From Spirochaetia bacterium (GTDB taxonomy: Bacteria; Spirochaetota; Spirochaetia; DSM-2461): DNA of 64,000 bases. Positions 29,655 to 39,312 of this stretch are shown piece by piece. Both the position numbers and the translations under genes were made by a program. The DNA lies in NCBI GenBank assembly GCA_963668315.1, contig OY764216.1, forward strand, positions 5,056,001 through 5,120,000. Reading direction: 5' to 3'. How positions within the stretch are numbered: the first letter of the stretch is position 1; every line of letters begins with the position of its first letter. Under the pieces are notes generated by a model that was given only the letters and a program-made list of their open reading frames with translations, did no database searches and had not been told where the DNA came from.

Positions 29655-30598
29655 GCAGGAAAAATCTGTTTCCCCATGTGGGAGATATCATATCCCCCCA
29701 GGCCCTCTATCTCCCTCTGGAATGCCTGATCCCTCAGGATTTCCAGAACGGCCCGGAAAGAGGGCTTTTCCATATCTCTATGATAGAAAATCATATCGTA
29801 GGACTCCTCCTTCATGGGAATGAATTCGATGGAGGCAACCTGCATGGCGGTTTTTTCGCATCCCAGAGCCACATCCGCCTCTCCCCGTCCGACACGGCTG
29901 GCGCAGGCCATGTGGGAAGAACTCTCCTCCTCATAGCCGATTATCCGTCCGGGTTCCCAGCCGCGGCTCTGCAGATATTCATCCAGAAGGATTCTTGTAC
30001 CGCTTCCCCGCTCTCGATTAATCAGTCGGATGTCCTCCCTGAGAAGGTCTTCCCATCCGCTTATTCCCTTGGGGTTTCCCCTCTTTACGTAAAATCCCTG
30101 ATATCTCTTGACCAGGTGGATAACCACCGTATCCATACCGGGAAGCATATTACGCACATAGGGGATATTATAGCTGTCGGTGCGGCTGTCCCACATATGG
30201 GCCGTGGCAATCTGAACCTCTCCGAGGTACAGTGAATGAAGGGCATTATAGCTCCCCATATGGGACCGGAAAACCCGAAATCCCCGGGGATCCTCCTCCA
30301 GCCGCTGTGCCAGGATATCAAGAATCACATCCTGACCGCAAATAATCAATTCATGACCGGAAGACTCCTTACCCCTCTCTCTGGGGGCTGAATTTTCCGT
30401 GGAAGAAGCGATCTCGGCAGCCGTATTATTCCGCCGCTTCTTTTTAAGCGCCTCAACGGCCTGACACTCCACACGAATCTTCTTTCCGACCCGGTATGCC
30501 TCCAGTTCTCCCCGCTTAATAAGTTCGTAAACCGTATTCTTGGCGATTTTCAGCTGATCGGCAACTTCCGCCGGAGTCAGTACTTCTTCCTCTTTCAT
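29651..30598 (-). CDS. Excisionase-type HTH fused to a molybdate-binding (PBP-like) domain; transcriptional regulator
   Basis: LTPAEVADQLKIAKNTVYELIKRGEL HTH; GSYNALHSL, GNPKGI, INRERGSGTR, EESYD, GYDIS. Confidence 0.88.
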   Translation of the reverse strand: MKEEEVLTPAEVADQLKIAKNTVYELIKRGELEAYRVGKKIRVECQAVEALKKKRRNNTAAEIASSTENSAPRERGKESSGHELIICGQDVILDILAQRLEEDPRGFRVFRSHMGSYNALHSLYLGEVQIATAHMWDSRTDSYNIPYVRNMLPGMDTVVIHLVKRYQGFYVKRGNPKGISGWEDLLREDIRLINRERGSGTRILLDEYLQSRGWEPGRIIGYEEESSSHMACASRVGRGEADVALGCEKTAMQVASIEFIPMKEESYDMIFYHRDMEKPSFRAVLEILRDQAFQREIEGLGGYDISHMGKQIFPA

Positions 30599-30604
30599 GG
30601 GGCT

Positions 30605-30633
30605 ATTATATCCGATTCCCCGATCTTTTGCAA
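30605..30633 (-). promoter_or_regulatory. Sigma70 promoter (leaderless-type) for the regulator
   Basis: TTGCAA-17 nt-TATAAT, 6 nt before ATG 30598. Confidence 0.7.
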
Positions 30634-30738
30634 AAGCAATGGCGAACAGAGCCTCCCATATCGGCAGAAAATGCAATTTTTTTAAAAGAAAATTGATAAT
30701 ATTCAATTTATGTTATAAAGTATTTTGCAGAGGCTCCG

Positions 30739-31464
30739 ATGAACCGAGAATACGAACTGGATAAATCATTAATCGATGCGTATAACTACCACAGAAGCGA
30801 TATGTTTCAAGAAGCTCTTGAATGCTATATGGCGGCGGTGGAACTGGATCCCGACAATAACGAGATCTGGTTTGAAATGGGCAGCTGTCTTTATTCTCTG
30901 GGAAACTACCATAAGGCTCTGGAGTGCGGATTAACCTGTCTCAAAATAGATTCTTCCCATAAAAAAGCCTGGTTTAACTGCGGTTTAGCCTTGAGCATGA
31001 TGAATGAAGACGAAAGAGCTCTGGTTTTTTATTCGGAGGCTCTGAAGATAGATCCCGAATACGGGATAGCCTATTTTGCCAGGGGCAACGCGTCCTTTTT
31101 CCTTGAAGATTTTCCCGCCGCGATACAGGACTATACCCAGGCCCTGTCCTGTCTTCCCGATTTCTCCCCCGAGGAAGAGGAGAGCCACTACTACCGGGCA
31201 CTCTGTTACGAAAAAATCGGTTCCCTCGATTTCGCCCGGGTGGATTATAACTGGGTGCTGCGCCGTTCTCCCGACAGATATGATGTAATACGCAAGAGGG
31301 CCCTTCTTTCGTTCAGGGAAAAGAAGTACCAGTCCGCCCTTAAGGATATCCTTAAAGCACGGTCAATCTACCCCGACAGTAAAAGACTGACCCAGATCCA
31401 GAGGAAAATTGAGATACAGATTGAGAAATCATCCGGAAAAAACGAGGTTGTCTCTTTTCAATAG
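30739..31464 (+). CDS. Tetratricopeptide repeat protein
   Basis: Repeated W/YF..G....G.Y..A.....A...DP motifs. Confidence 0.88.
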   Translation: MNREYELDKSLIDAYNYHRSDMFQEALECYMAAVELDPDNNEIWFEMGSCLYSLGNYHKALECGLTCLKIDSSHKKAWFNCGLALSMMNEDERALVFYSEALKIDPEYGIAYFARGNASFFLEDFPAAIQDYTQALSCLPDFSPEEEESHYYRALCYEKIGSLDFARVDYNWVLRRSPDRYDVIRKRALLSFREKKYQSALKDILKARSIYPDSKRLTQIQRKIEIQIEKSSGKNEVVSFQ

Positions 31465-31568
31465 GAAAATTAATGTTTCTTCCCCCACTGCCGATATTTA
31501 ATAATAGGAATTTGTACAGCCTTGTCCCTACGGGCCATCGTTCCCGTAAATAGAGTTGGGAGTTATAG

Positions 31569-32684
31569 ATGAATGACGTTATGAAGCTTGCAGAAGAAAT
31601 ATCAGAACAGGAGAAAATATCAGGAAAAGATGTTCTCCGTTTCGAAAAAATAATCAGCCCCCTCCCCAAAGCCGAGATACACATCCATGCTGAGTCCCTT
31701 ATGGCTCCGGCGGATCTTTTAAAGCTGAATGCCAAATACGGACTCTATCCCGAATGCCGCACCGAGGAAGCCCTCAAGGAAGCCCTCGGCATTAAGAAAA
31801 TAGCCGATCTTTCCGAAATGATTCAGCAGTTCCTTAACATACAGTCCTTTATCAAGGAAGAAGAAGATTTCACCCTGATAGGTGATTCCATACTCCCCTA
31901 CATGGAGCGTAATAATATTGTCTACCTGGAAGGTCATCTGGCCGTAACCTCCTTTGTCAAACGGGGTCTTGATTTCAACAGAATGATGGTTTCCCTGGAT
32001 GAGAGTCTGGAGGATATCGCGAAAAAGGGCCGTGAGACCGCCATATTCATAGATGTTTCCCGCACTTTTGGTCCGGAAAATGCCATGAATAATCTGAATC
32101 TGCTCCTCGGCTACTTATCCACGGTGGAAAAAAGCCGCATCATCGGCATAGGCCTGGGCGGAGCGGAAAAATCGGGTGAGCCCAAGGAGTACGAAGAGGT
32201 TTTTACGAAAGCTCGGGAAGCAGGACTCCGCTGTGTGGCCCATGGGGGGGAAGAAACTCCCTATACACAGGTTTACGATACAATCAATTACCTGAAACCC
32301 GAAAGAATCGGCCACGGGATCAGTTCCTACCAGAACGAGACCCTGATGGATGAACTGGCGGAGTCACAGCTCCCCCTGGAAGTATGCCCCACAAGCAACC
32401 TCCTGACGAAGACCTTCGCCACGAAGATGGAAGAGCACCCCATTACCACTCTGTTCAGGAAGGGAATCATGGTAACCCTGAATACAGACGATCCCCTTCT
32501 CTTCGAAGTGGAACTGAACCGGGAGTACATCCAGGTCTACGAAAAGACAGACCTGACTTTTGCTGATATGATCACCCTTCTCCTGAACACGGTGAAGGCT
32601 TCGTTCATGGATGAATCAGAGAAAAATGCACTGCTGAAAAGAATCGAAACCGATCTCGAAAAAAACTTAAGTAATCTTAAATGA
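31569..32684 (+). CDS. add: Adenosine/adenine deaminase family protein
   Basis: PKAEIHIH, GLGGAE, AHGGE, RIGHG, LEVCPTSN, NTDDP. Confidence 0.9.
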   Translation: MNDVMKLAEEISEQEKISGKDVLRFEKIISPLPKAEIHIHAESLMAPADLLKLNAKYGLYPECRTEEALKEALGIKKIADLSEMIQQFLNIQSFIKEEEDFTLIGDSILPYMERNNIVYLEGHLAVTSFVKRGLDFNRMMVSLDESLEDIAKKGRETAIFIDVSRTFGPENAMNNLNLLLGYLSTVEKSRIIGIGLGGAEKSGEPKEYEEVFTKAREAGLRCVAHGGEETPYTQVYDTINYLKPERIGHGISSYQNETLMDELAESQLPLEVCPTSNLLTKTFATKMEEHPITTLFRKGIMVTLNTDDPLLFEVELNREYIQVYEKTDLTFADMITLLLNTVKASFMDESEKNALLKRIETDLEKNLSNLK

Positions 32685-33026
32685 ATCAAGCTGCTTGAGG
32701 ATGTTCTTACCCGTTTCATGGGAAAAGAGCTTATCCTCGGGTGTTTCTATCGTCTCACCGTCAAAGTCGAGACCTTCCCTGATTCCCCGGGCAAAGAGAG
32801 AATAGATTTCGGGAGAAAAGGCGATCTCACGTTCTTTGAGAATAATACAGTCAACCCCTTCCCTGACGGCATTCCAGCGAAGCTCTCTGGCATCGGGCAT
32901 GGAGAAAAACTCATCCGCCATAATCTCAAGAAGGGCTTTCTCCTCGGGCTGCCAATAGAAAGCTTCCAGAAGGGATTTCGCTCTTGCACCGTATTTCTCA
33001 CGTTTATTATGTTCGCTTCGTCTCAT
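32667..33026 (-). CDS. Hypothetical protein
   Basis: Start overlaps the trpS stop (translational coupling); no motif recognised. Confidence 0.6.
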   Translation of the reverse strand: MRRSEHNKREKYGARAKSLLEAFYWQPEEKALLEIMADEFFSMPDARELRWNAVREGVDCIILKEREIAFSPEIYSLFARGIREGLDFDGETIETPEDKLFSHETGKNILKQLDSFKIT

Positions 33027-34027
33027 TATCTATCTACTCCCATGGCTTTTCGAAGAGTGGCAATTTTCTGTGCCGCAAGAACCCGGGCTTTTTCGGCTCC
33101 CTTTGCCAGGGCGTCGTCAATAACGGATTTATCCGCCATCAGCTCGTCGTAGCGGTCTCTCATGGGCTTAATGACCTCATTCATAACCTCAAACAGTTCG
33201 GCTTTCGCATGGCCCCATCCCATCCCGCCGGCACGGTAGCGTGCCGCCAGAGCCTCCTGCTGCTCTCCGGTGGCAAAAAGCTTGTACAATGAGAAGACAT
33301 TACAGGTCTCGGGATCCTTAGGTTCCTCAACTTCCTGAGAATTGGTCACTATCTTATTAAGAAGTTTCTTCAGCTGCTTCTCGGGAAGAAAGAGGGGGAT
33401 CGTATTGTTATAGCTCTTGCTCATCTTGCGCCCGTCCATGCCGATGACCGTTTTCGTCGATTCGGACACATAGGCTTCGGGAATGGTCAGCAGGCTGGCG
33501 TTGTAATTCCGGTTCACCGCTTCGGCGATATCGGCAGCCATCTCTATGTGCTGAACCTGATCTTTACCCACGGGCACGTAATTCGTATCAAAAAGGAGAA
33601 TATCGGCGGCCATAAGAACCGGATAGGTATAGAGTCCCATATTAATGTTATGGTCATCCGGCTTTCCCTTCTCCCTGTTGAGGTCCAGCTGAGCCTTATA
33701 GGCATGGGCCCTGTTCATCAGCCCCTTGGGGGTAAACGCCATAATCATGGTGGTTAGTTCAAATGTCTCGGGCACATCGGATTGACGGTAAAACAGAACT
33801 TTTTCAGGATCCAGACCGGCGGCAAGCCAGCATGCGGCTATTTCATAGGTATAATGCCTCAATTCCTCGGGATCTTTAATCGTATTCAGAGAATGATAAT
33901 CGGCGATGAAAAATCGTGATTCGTATTTTTCACTCAACGCAAGAGCCGGCTTGATGGCTCCCAGATAATTGCCTATGTGAGGCATTCCGGTGGGTTTGAT
34001 TCCTGTCAGTACTATCTGCTTTTCCAT
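33026..34027 (-). CDS. trpS: Tryptophan--tRNA ligase
   Basis: TGIKPTG.PHIGNY, YPVLMAADIL, VPVGKDQ, KMSKS. Confidence 0.97.
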   Translation of the reverse strand: MEKQIVLTGIKPTGMPHIGNYLGAIKPALALSEKYESRFFIADYHSLNTIKDPEELRHYTYEIAACWLAAGLDPEKVLFYRQSDVPETFELTTMIMAFTPKGLMNRAHAYKAQLDLNREKGKPDDHNINMGLYTYPVLMAADILLFDTNYVPVGKDQVQHIEMAADIAEAVNRNYNASLLTIPEAYVSESTKTVIGMDGRKMSKSYNNTIPLFLPEKQLKKLLNKIVTNSQEVEEPKDPETCNVFSLYKLFATGEQQEALAARYRAGGMGWGHAKAELFEVMNEVIKPMRDRYDELMADKSVIDDALAKGAEKARVLAAQKIATLRKAMGVDR

Positions 34028-34048
34028 GGTGGAGCTATTTTACCACAA

Positions 34049-34558
34049 TCAATCATCTGGAGCAAGCCAGATACTGCGGAAGTACTCCTTCTCCCGGGCC
34101 AGCCTCTTCTTCAAATCGTCCGGTAGATCGTCATAGGACAGCTCCTCTCCTTCTCCATCGGGAAGTCGGCAGCCGGGACAGTCCTGATGGGGGGGAATGA
34201 AACCGTAAACTTCCGAGTCAGCCTCAAAATCAATTTCCCTGGTCAGAGGAGCCAGATGGCAGACTAAGGGTTTATAATGGGGATGAAGCCGGCACAGCCC
34301 CCTGAGGGAACCGTCATCCTCCAGCCGGTTTTCCAGAAAGGGGCAGAATTTTACTCCAGAAACACAGCGGAAAAGCAGTCGGGGCTGTCTGGTTCCGCTC
34401 TTTTCATCCCAGGTAAGAAGTTTAGCCGCGAATAGCTCATCAACCGATGACATACCGGTATACTCTTTTATCAGTTCCAGATCTTCAGGATTCAGAAATA
34501 CCTTCATCTCGCCGGAACAGCATTCGCCGCAGAGGCGGCAAGAAAACAGTTCACCCAT
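34049..34558 (-). CDS. YkgJ-family cysteine cluster protein
   Basis: CRLCGECC ... CPFL ... CRLH..KPLVC. Confidence 0.88.
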   Translation of the reverse strand: MGELFSCRLCGECCSGEMKVFLNPEDLELIKEYTGMSSVDELFAAKLLTWDEKSGTRQPRLLFRCVSGVKFCPFLENRLEDDGSLRGLCRLHPHYKPLVCHLAPLTREIDFEADSEVYGFIPPHQDCPGCRLPDGEGEELSYDDLPDDLKKRLAREKEYFRSIWLAPDD

Positions 34559-34626
34559 AGACCTCTAGATTATCAGATTCCCAAGCCTTTCACAATCCGT
34601 TTCCCCTGTGTATGGGCAGATGATAA

Positions 34627-34655
34627 TTGACCGGCTTCAGAGAAACTACTATAAT
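34627..34655 (+). promoter_or_regulatory. Sigma70 promoter
   Basis: TTGACC-17 nt-TATAAT. Confidence 0.75.
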
Positions 34656-34679
34656 CTAATAAAAAGAGAGGGGTCTGCA

Positions 34680-35432
34680 GTGTACGAAGGGAAAAAAGTA
34701 TTCTTTCTTCTTCCCCATGAAATTGTGAGAGAACATATTATCAAAATTCTCTCTGAAAGCGAATACGAAGTTTATATTATCAATGATCAGAGGAAACTGG
34801 ATTCCCTTGTCAATAAATACCCCGATTCCATAATTTATGTGAATATAGACGGAACTCTTTCGGAAAATGAATGGAAAACCTACCTGAAAGACTTAATGAG
34901 CAAATACCCCGGACTCCAGATCGGAATTCTTTCCGGACGCATAACCGATAAGGACATGATCAGTTCCTATGTACTGGAAGTGGGAATTAACTGCGGAGTT
35001 ATTCAGCTGCGTCAGGGTGTCAAAGAGTGCGCCCATAATATGCTCAAAGTCCTGGAGGCTAACGAAGCCAGAGGGCGAAGAAAGTATCTGCGTTACAGCT
35101 GCGGATTCAACGAAAACATTACCTTGAATTTCGAACAGTTCAACAGTAAATACAGGGGAAATATACTGGACATCAGCTCGGTAGGCTTTTCCTGTGTTTT
35201 TGACGAGAATCCCCAATTATCAAAAAATGAAGTGGTTTCCAGCGTTCAGCTCAAATTGAGCGGAATTCTGTTAACAACAGATTGCGTTTTCGTGGGGAGC
35301 CGTGATGACCGCGGTTCTCTTATTCATGTTTTTCTTTACAGGCTTTCGCCGGAAAAACATTCCCACCGGACGAAAATCCGCAGCTTCATACACAACTCCC
35401 TGCAGAAAAAGCTGGATAAAGAGATAGCCTAG
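34680..35432 (+). CDS. PilZ domain protein with a receiver-like N-terminus
   Basis: RRKYLR (RxxxR) and DISSVG (DxSxxG); GTG start chosen from the promoter and GAGG position. Confidence 0.85.
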   Translation: MYEGKKVFFLLPHEIVREHIIKILSESEYEVYIINDQRKLDSLVNKYPDSIIYVNIDGTLSENEWKTYLKDLMSKYPGLQIGILSGRITDKDMISSYVLEVGINCGVIQLRQGVKECAHNMLKVLEANEARGRRKYLRYSCGFNENITLNFEQFNSKYRGNILDISSVGFSCVFDENPQLSKNEVVSSVQLKLSGILLTTDCVFVGSRDDRGSLIHVFLYRLSPEKHSHRTKIRSFIHNSLQKKLDKEIA

Positions 35433-35533
35433 TCTCGCCCGGCATTTGTATCAGGACTGGAATCCCGACTCGAATTAAGCGGTCAGCTGTCCCGGAAAAA
35501 AGGAGACAGGCTGACCGCTCACAGGAATGACTT

Positions 35534-36862
35534 TTATGCGTTCTTCATGGAAAGGGGCTGACGCGTACTCTCCTGGACATCACGCCAGAGGGAGCTCTCA
35601 GGATTGACCTTCTTGCGGCCTCCCACGACCATATGTATGGGAAGATGAACAAAGTGTGTATTCATCAAGGTGACAAGGCACTTCGTCTTTCCCGCCATCG
35701 CCGCATGGACAGCGTTGGCTCCCAGACGGACGCAATAGAGAGAATCGGAGGGTAAGGCTTCCGAAGCCCGGATAATATAGCTGGGATCGATATATTTCAA
35801 AGCAAAGTCCATTCCCTTAGCCTCGAGAGCTTTTTTTATCTCGTCTGCCAGGTATTTACCGATATCTCCATAACGCTTATTACCCGACTTGTCCTCTCCT
35901 TCGGGAATCTCAACCAGTTTCTGGCCCGCACCTTCCGCAACGATGATCACGGCGTGCTGACGGGATCTCAGCCTCTCTTCAAGGTGTTCAAGCAGTCCGT
36001 TGGGGCCGTGAAGATCAAAGTCGACTTCCGGGATCAGGACAAAGTTGGCCTCGTTTGAAGAAAGAGCCGTACTGGCGGCAATAAATCCGGAATCCCGGCC
36101 CATCAGTTTAACCAGACCGATACCGTTGTTGGCGCTCTTCGCTTCGACATGGGCGGCTTCAACCGCATCGACGGCCTTGGCTACAGCCGTTTCGAAGCCG
36201 AAGGTTTTCTCCGTGAAAAGAAGATCGTTATCAATGGTTTTGGGTATGCCCACGACAGATATTTTCAGATTCCTCTTCAGAACCTCTTCACCGATATCAT
36301 TGCTGGCCCGCTGGGTCCCGTCCCCCCCGATAATGAAAAGCATATTGATATTCATCCTCTCGAGGGCGTCTACTATCTCTTCCACTCTCTTGCCGTTGCC
36401 CCGGGATGACCCCAGCATGGTTCCTCCCATCTTGTGGATATCATCAACGATATCAGGGGTTAATTCTACGGCGGGAATATTATATTCGGGCAGAAACCCG
36501 GTAAAACCATACTTAATACCGGTAATCCTTTTCACATTGTAACGGTACCAGAGGGTTCTCACTACGGCTCGGATAACATCGTTGAGACCGGGACAAAGTC
36601 CTCCGCAGGTAACGATGGCTGCATGGCTGTGCTGGGGATTGAAATAAATCTTCTCCCGGGGTCCCGCCTTTTCCATCAGTCCGGCGCTTTCCAGATCCTT
36701 GAGGGTTTTCCCTTCTGTCAGATCAATATCGTAAAGTATCCTTTCGCTCTCCATTACATAATTGGCAATAGAGTCGCCCAAGACTTTAGAATAGGGAATG
36801 GGGGAATCTATTTTTGGTTCTCCCAACCGTTCGATAGTAAAATCATACTTAGATTTGGCCAT
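35534..36862 (-). CDS. pfkA: ATP-dependent 6-phosphofructokinase (clade X type)
   Basis: AGPREKIYF, VTCGGLCPGLNDVIR, GGDGT, PKTIDND, MGRDSGFIA, YIDPSYIIR. Confidence 0.92.
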   Translation of the reverse strand: MAKSKYDFTIERLGEPKIDSPIPYSKVLGDSIANYVMESERILYDIDLTEGKTLKDLESAGLMEKAGPREKIYFNPQHSHAAIVTCGGLCPGLNDVIRAVVRTLWYRYNVKRITGIKYGFTGFLPEYNIPAVELTPDIVDDIHKMGGTMLGSSRGNGKRVEEIVDALERMNINMLFIIGGDGTQRASNDIGEEVLKRNLKISVVGIPKTIDNDLLFTEKTFGFETAVAKAVDAVEAAHVEAKSANNGIGLVKLMGRDSGFIAASTALSSNEANFVLIPEVDFDLHGPNGLLEHLEERLRSRQHAVIIVAEGAGQKLVEIPEGEDKSGNKRYGDIGKYLADEIKKALEAKGMDFALKYIDPSYIIRASEALPSDSLYCVRLGANAVHAAMAGKTKCLVTLMNTHFVHLPIHMVVGGRKKVNPESSLWRDVQESTRQPLSMKNA

Positions 36863-36881
36863 GTATGCTCCTCATTTTATC

Positions 36882-37955
36882 CTATATTTGCCCGTAGGCT
36901 TCTTTAAATCCCGGTTTTATCACATCATAAATCAGTTTTAATCGTTCGTCATAGTGAATAAAAGCCGATTTCATCGCATTTATTGTCAGCTTCTCCAAAT
37001 CTTTCAGCTCCAGATCAAAGGCTTCTACGGCAAGCATCATTTCCTTCGCAAGGGAAGTGTTGCTCATCAGAGTATTATCGGTGCAGAGCATGACCCGGAA
37101 GCTGTTTCTGTAAAACAGACCGAAGGGATGGGTTTTTACCGATGAAGCGGCACCTGTCTGAATATTGGAAGATAGGCAGACTTCCAGAGGAATACGCCTG
37201 TCGCGGACAAATTCGGCCAGGGTCCCCATTCTTTCGATTTTCCTGCCGTGATAGGCCAAATTTTCCGTCAGCCTGGTGGCATGTCCTATCCTGTGGGCTC
37301 CGCAAATCTGTATTGCCTGCCATATGGATTCCACCCCGAAGGCTTCTCCCGCATGAACAGTTATATTAAAATTTTTGCTACGGATATACTGAAAAGCATC
37401 AATATGACGTTTGGGAGGATGGCCGAACTCATCGCCGGCAATGTCAAATCCCACGACCCCCCTATTCCTGAAGGAAACGGCCAGTTCCGCCATCTCCATG
37501 GAAAGATCACCACTCTGATGGCGCATGGCGCACAGAATGAGACCAAACTCGACACCCGTCTTTCTCCTGCCCTCTTCCAGGCCGGAAAGGACGGCGAAAA
37601 CGATCTCTTCCAGGGTCAATCCCCTCTCCTGATGGAGAATTGGAGCAAAACGTATTTCGGCATATACAACCCCGTCATCTGACAGCTGCTCTATAGCTTC
37701 CCTCGCAATCCTTGAAAGAGCGGGGGCTGTCTGCATGACACCGCAGGTCAGGGAAAATCCTTCCAGGTAGAGACTAAGGCTTTTTCTGTCAGCTCCCCGG
37801 TGAAACCATTCGGCAAGCTTTTCCGGTTCTTTCTCCGGCAGTTCCAGACCCGTCTCTCCAGCGAGTTCAATAATCGTCTCCGGGCGAACTCCTCCGTCCA
37901 GGTGATAATGAAGTTCGACTTTGGGAAGGGATTTGATTTTTTCCTGATCCAACAT
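36882..37955 (-). CDS. add: Adenosine deaminase
   Basis: PKVELHYHLDGG, YAEIRFAP, GFDIAG, VHAGE, RIGH, TDN. Confidence 0.92.
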   Translation of the reverse strand: MLDQEKIKSLPKVELHYHLDGGVRPETIIELAGETGLELPEKEPEKLAEWFHRGADRKSLSLYLEGFSLTCGVMQTAPALSRIAREAIEQLSDDGVVYAEIRFAPILHQERGLTLEEIVFAVLSGLEEGRRKTGVEFGLILCAMRHQSGDLSMEMAELAVSFRNRGVVGFDIAGDEFGHPPKRHIDAFQYIRSKNFNITVHAGEAFGVESIWQAIQICGAHRIGHATRLTENLAYHGRKIERMGTLAEFVRDRRIPLEVCLSSNIQTGAASSVKTHPFGLFYRNSFRVMLCTDNTLMSNTSLAKEMMLAVEAFDLELKDLEKLTINAMKSAFIHYDERLKLIYDVIKPGFKEAYGQI

Positions 37956-37961
37956 GGGATA

Positions 37962-37990
37962 ATTCTAATCACTCTCGAGAGATTCATCAA
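37962..37990 (-). promoter_or_regulatory. Sigma70 promoter (leaderless-type)
   Basis: TTGATG-17 nt-TAGAAT, 6 nt before ATG 37955. Confidence 0.6.
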
Positions 37991-38097
37991 GCCGAATGGA
38001 TAAAAATGGGTCGTTTTTTCATTTTACCCCGAAAGAATTACTCCATATTGTTTTTAGCACATTTCTGTAGTATGATAGGGGGCATCGGGGAGACCAA

Positions 38098-39270
38098 ATG
38101 ATCTTAAACGAAAATTCCGAAAAAAAAATCATTCCCATTGCCGGGGGCAAAGGGGGCGTCGGTAAAAGCGTATTGTCCACAAACCTTTCCCTCCTTCTGG
38201 CTGTAAACGGAAAGAAGACGATTGTGGTTGACCTTGACCTGGGCGGTTCCAACCTCCATACCATGCTGGGACTTAAGAATACCAATAAGGGCATCGGAAA
38301 TTTTATTTCTGACAAATCGCTTACGATGGAAGAACTGATTGTTCCCACCGAATTCGATAATCTCTATTTAATCCCCGGAGATGTTCTTGTATACAGGCTC
38401 GGTGAAATCTCCTTTGAGGAGAAAAAAAGAATAGTGAAAGGCCTGGTTGAACTTGATGCCGATTACATAATCCTTGATCTGGGGGCCGGTTCGAGCCTGA
38501 ACGTCATTGACTTTTTCCTGATTTCCAATTCGGGAATTATCGTTACGACCCCCCATATGACTTCCATAATGAACGCCTTCGGTTTTTTAAAAAACGTCGC
38601 TTTCCGCTTTCTGCAGAGAGCCTTTGCAGAAAACCAGGTGTTCACCGATTACTTTGATCGGGCGTTTCAGGAGAGGAATCCCGGAGAACAGAAGTCTCTC
38701 AAAGAGATGCTGGAAGACCTGAGAGATCAGGAACCGGAGGCCGTGAGCAAAGCGGAACTGTTCCTGGAGATACTGCAGCCGAAAATTATAATGAATATGG
38801 CCGAGGATGCCTCAGAACTTTCCATAGCTGAGAGTCTGAGAGATCTGACAGGCCGCAGCCTATCCATCCATTCAGAGTGCCTTGGCCTGCTTTTCATGGA
38901 CAAGCAGGTAAGTGATGCACTGAAAGAGAGGGTTCCCTTTATCATGCAGTACCCCGAATCGGTAACTGCCGAGGGTATGGACCGAATGGCAAAGAAGATT
39001 ATCCTCTCAAAAAGATTCCCCGAAATGCCCCTGGAACTGGATTATTATAAAGACAGCTTCGAACTGACCCAGATAGAAGCGGAAAATGATCAGGAAGCGA
39101 TAGAGCAGACAAAAAACAACGGCTATTCAGCAGAAGAGATCGATAACCTCCTCCATCTTATAGAGGAACAGCAGAAAAGGATTCATGAACTGGAAACAGC
39201 CCTGGGACGTACGGCTATGGGCGGCGGACAGGGCGGTATTCTGGAAACATTAAATAGAATGTCTCTATAA
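38098..39270 (+). CDS. MinD/FlhG-like P-loop ATPase with a C-terminal extension
   Basis: GGKGGVGKS deviant Walker A, DLDLGGSNLH, LDLGAG. Confidence 0.88.
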   Translation: MILNENSEKKIIPIAGGKGGVGKSVLSTNLSLLLAVNGKKTIVVDLDLGGSNLHTMLGLKNTNKGIGNFISDKSLTMEELIVPTEFDNLYLIPGDVLVYRLGEISFEEKKRIVKGLVELDADYIILDLGAGSSLNVIDFFLISNSGIIVTTPHMTSIMNAFGFLKNVAFRFLQRAFAENQVFTDYFDRAFQERNPGEQKSLKEMLEDLRDQEPEAVSKAELFLEILQPKIIMNMAEDASELSIAESLRDLTGRSLSIHSECLGLLFMDKQVSDALKERVPFIMQYPESVTAEGMDRMAKKIILSKRFPEMPLELDYYKDSFELTQIEAENDQEAIEQTKNNGYSAEEIDNLLHLIEEQQKRIHELETALGRTAMGGGQGGILETLNRMSL

Positions 39271-39312
39271 CTTGCCGGGAGAAAAATCTCCCGGGGACTT
39301 TCGAATGTTTAT

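Noticed and set aside
29651..30598. Excisionase HTH as evidence of a prophage or integrative element
   Set aside because: The HTH is fused to a molybdate-binding domain as in known regulators; no integrase, att repeats or phage genes are present
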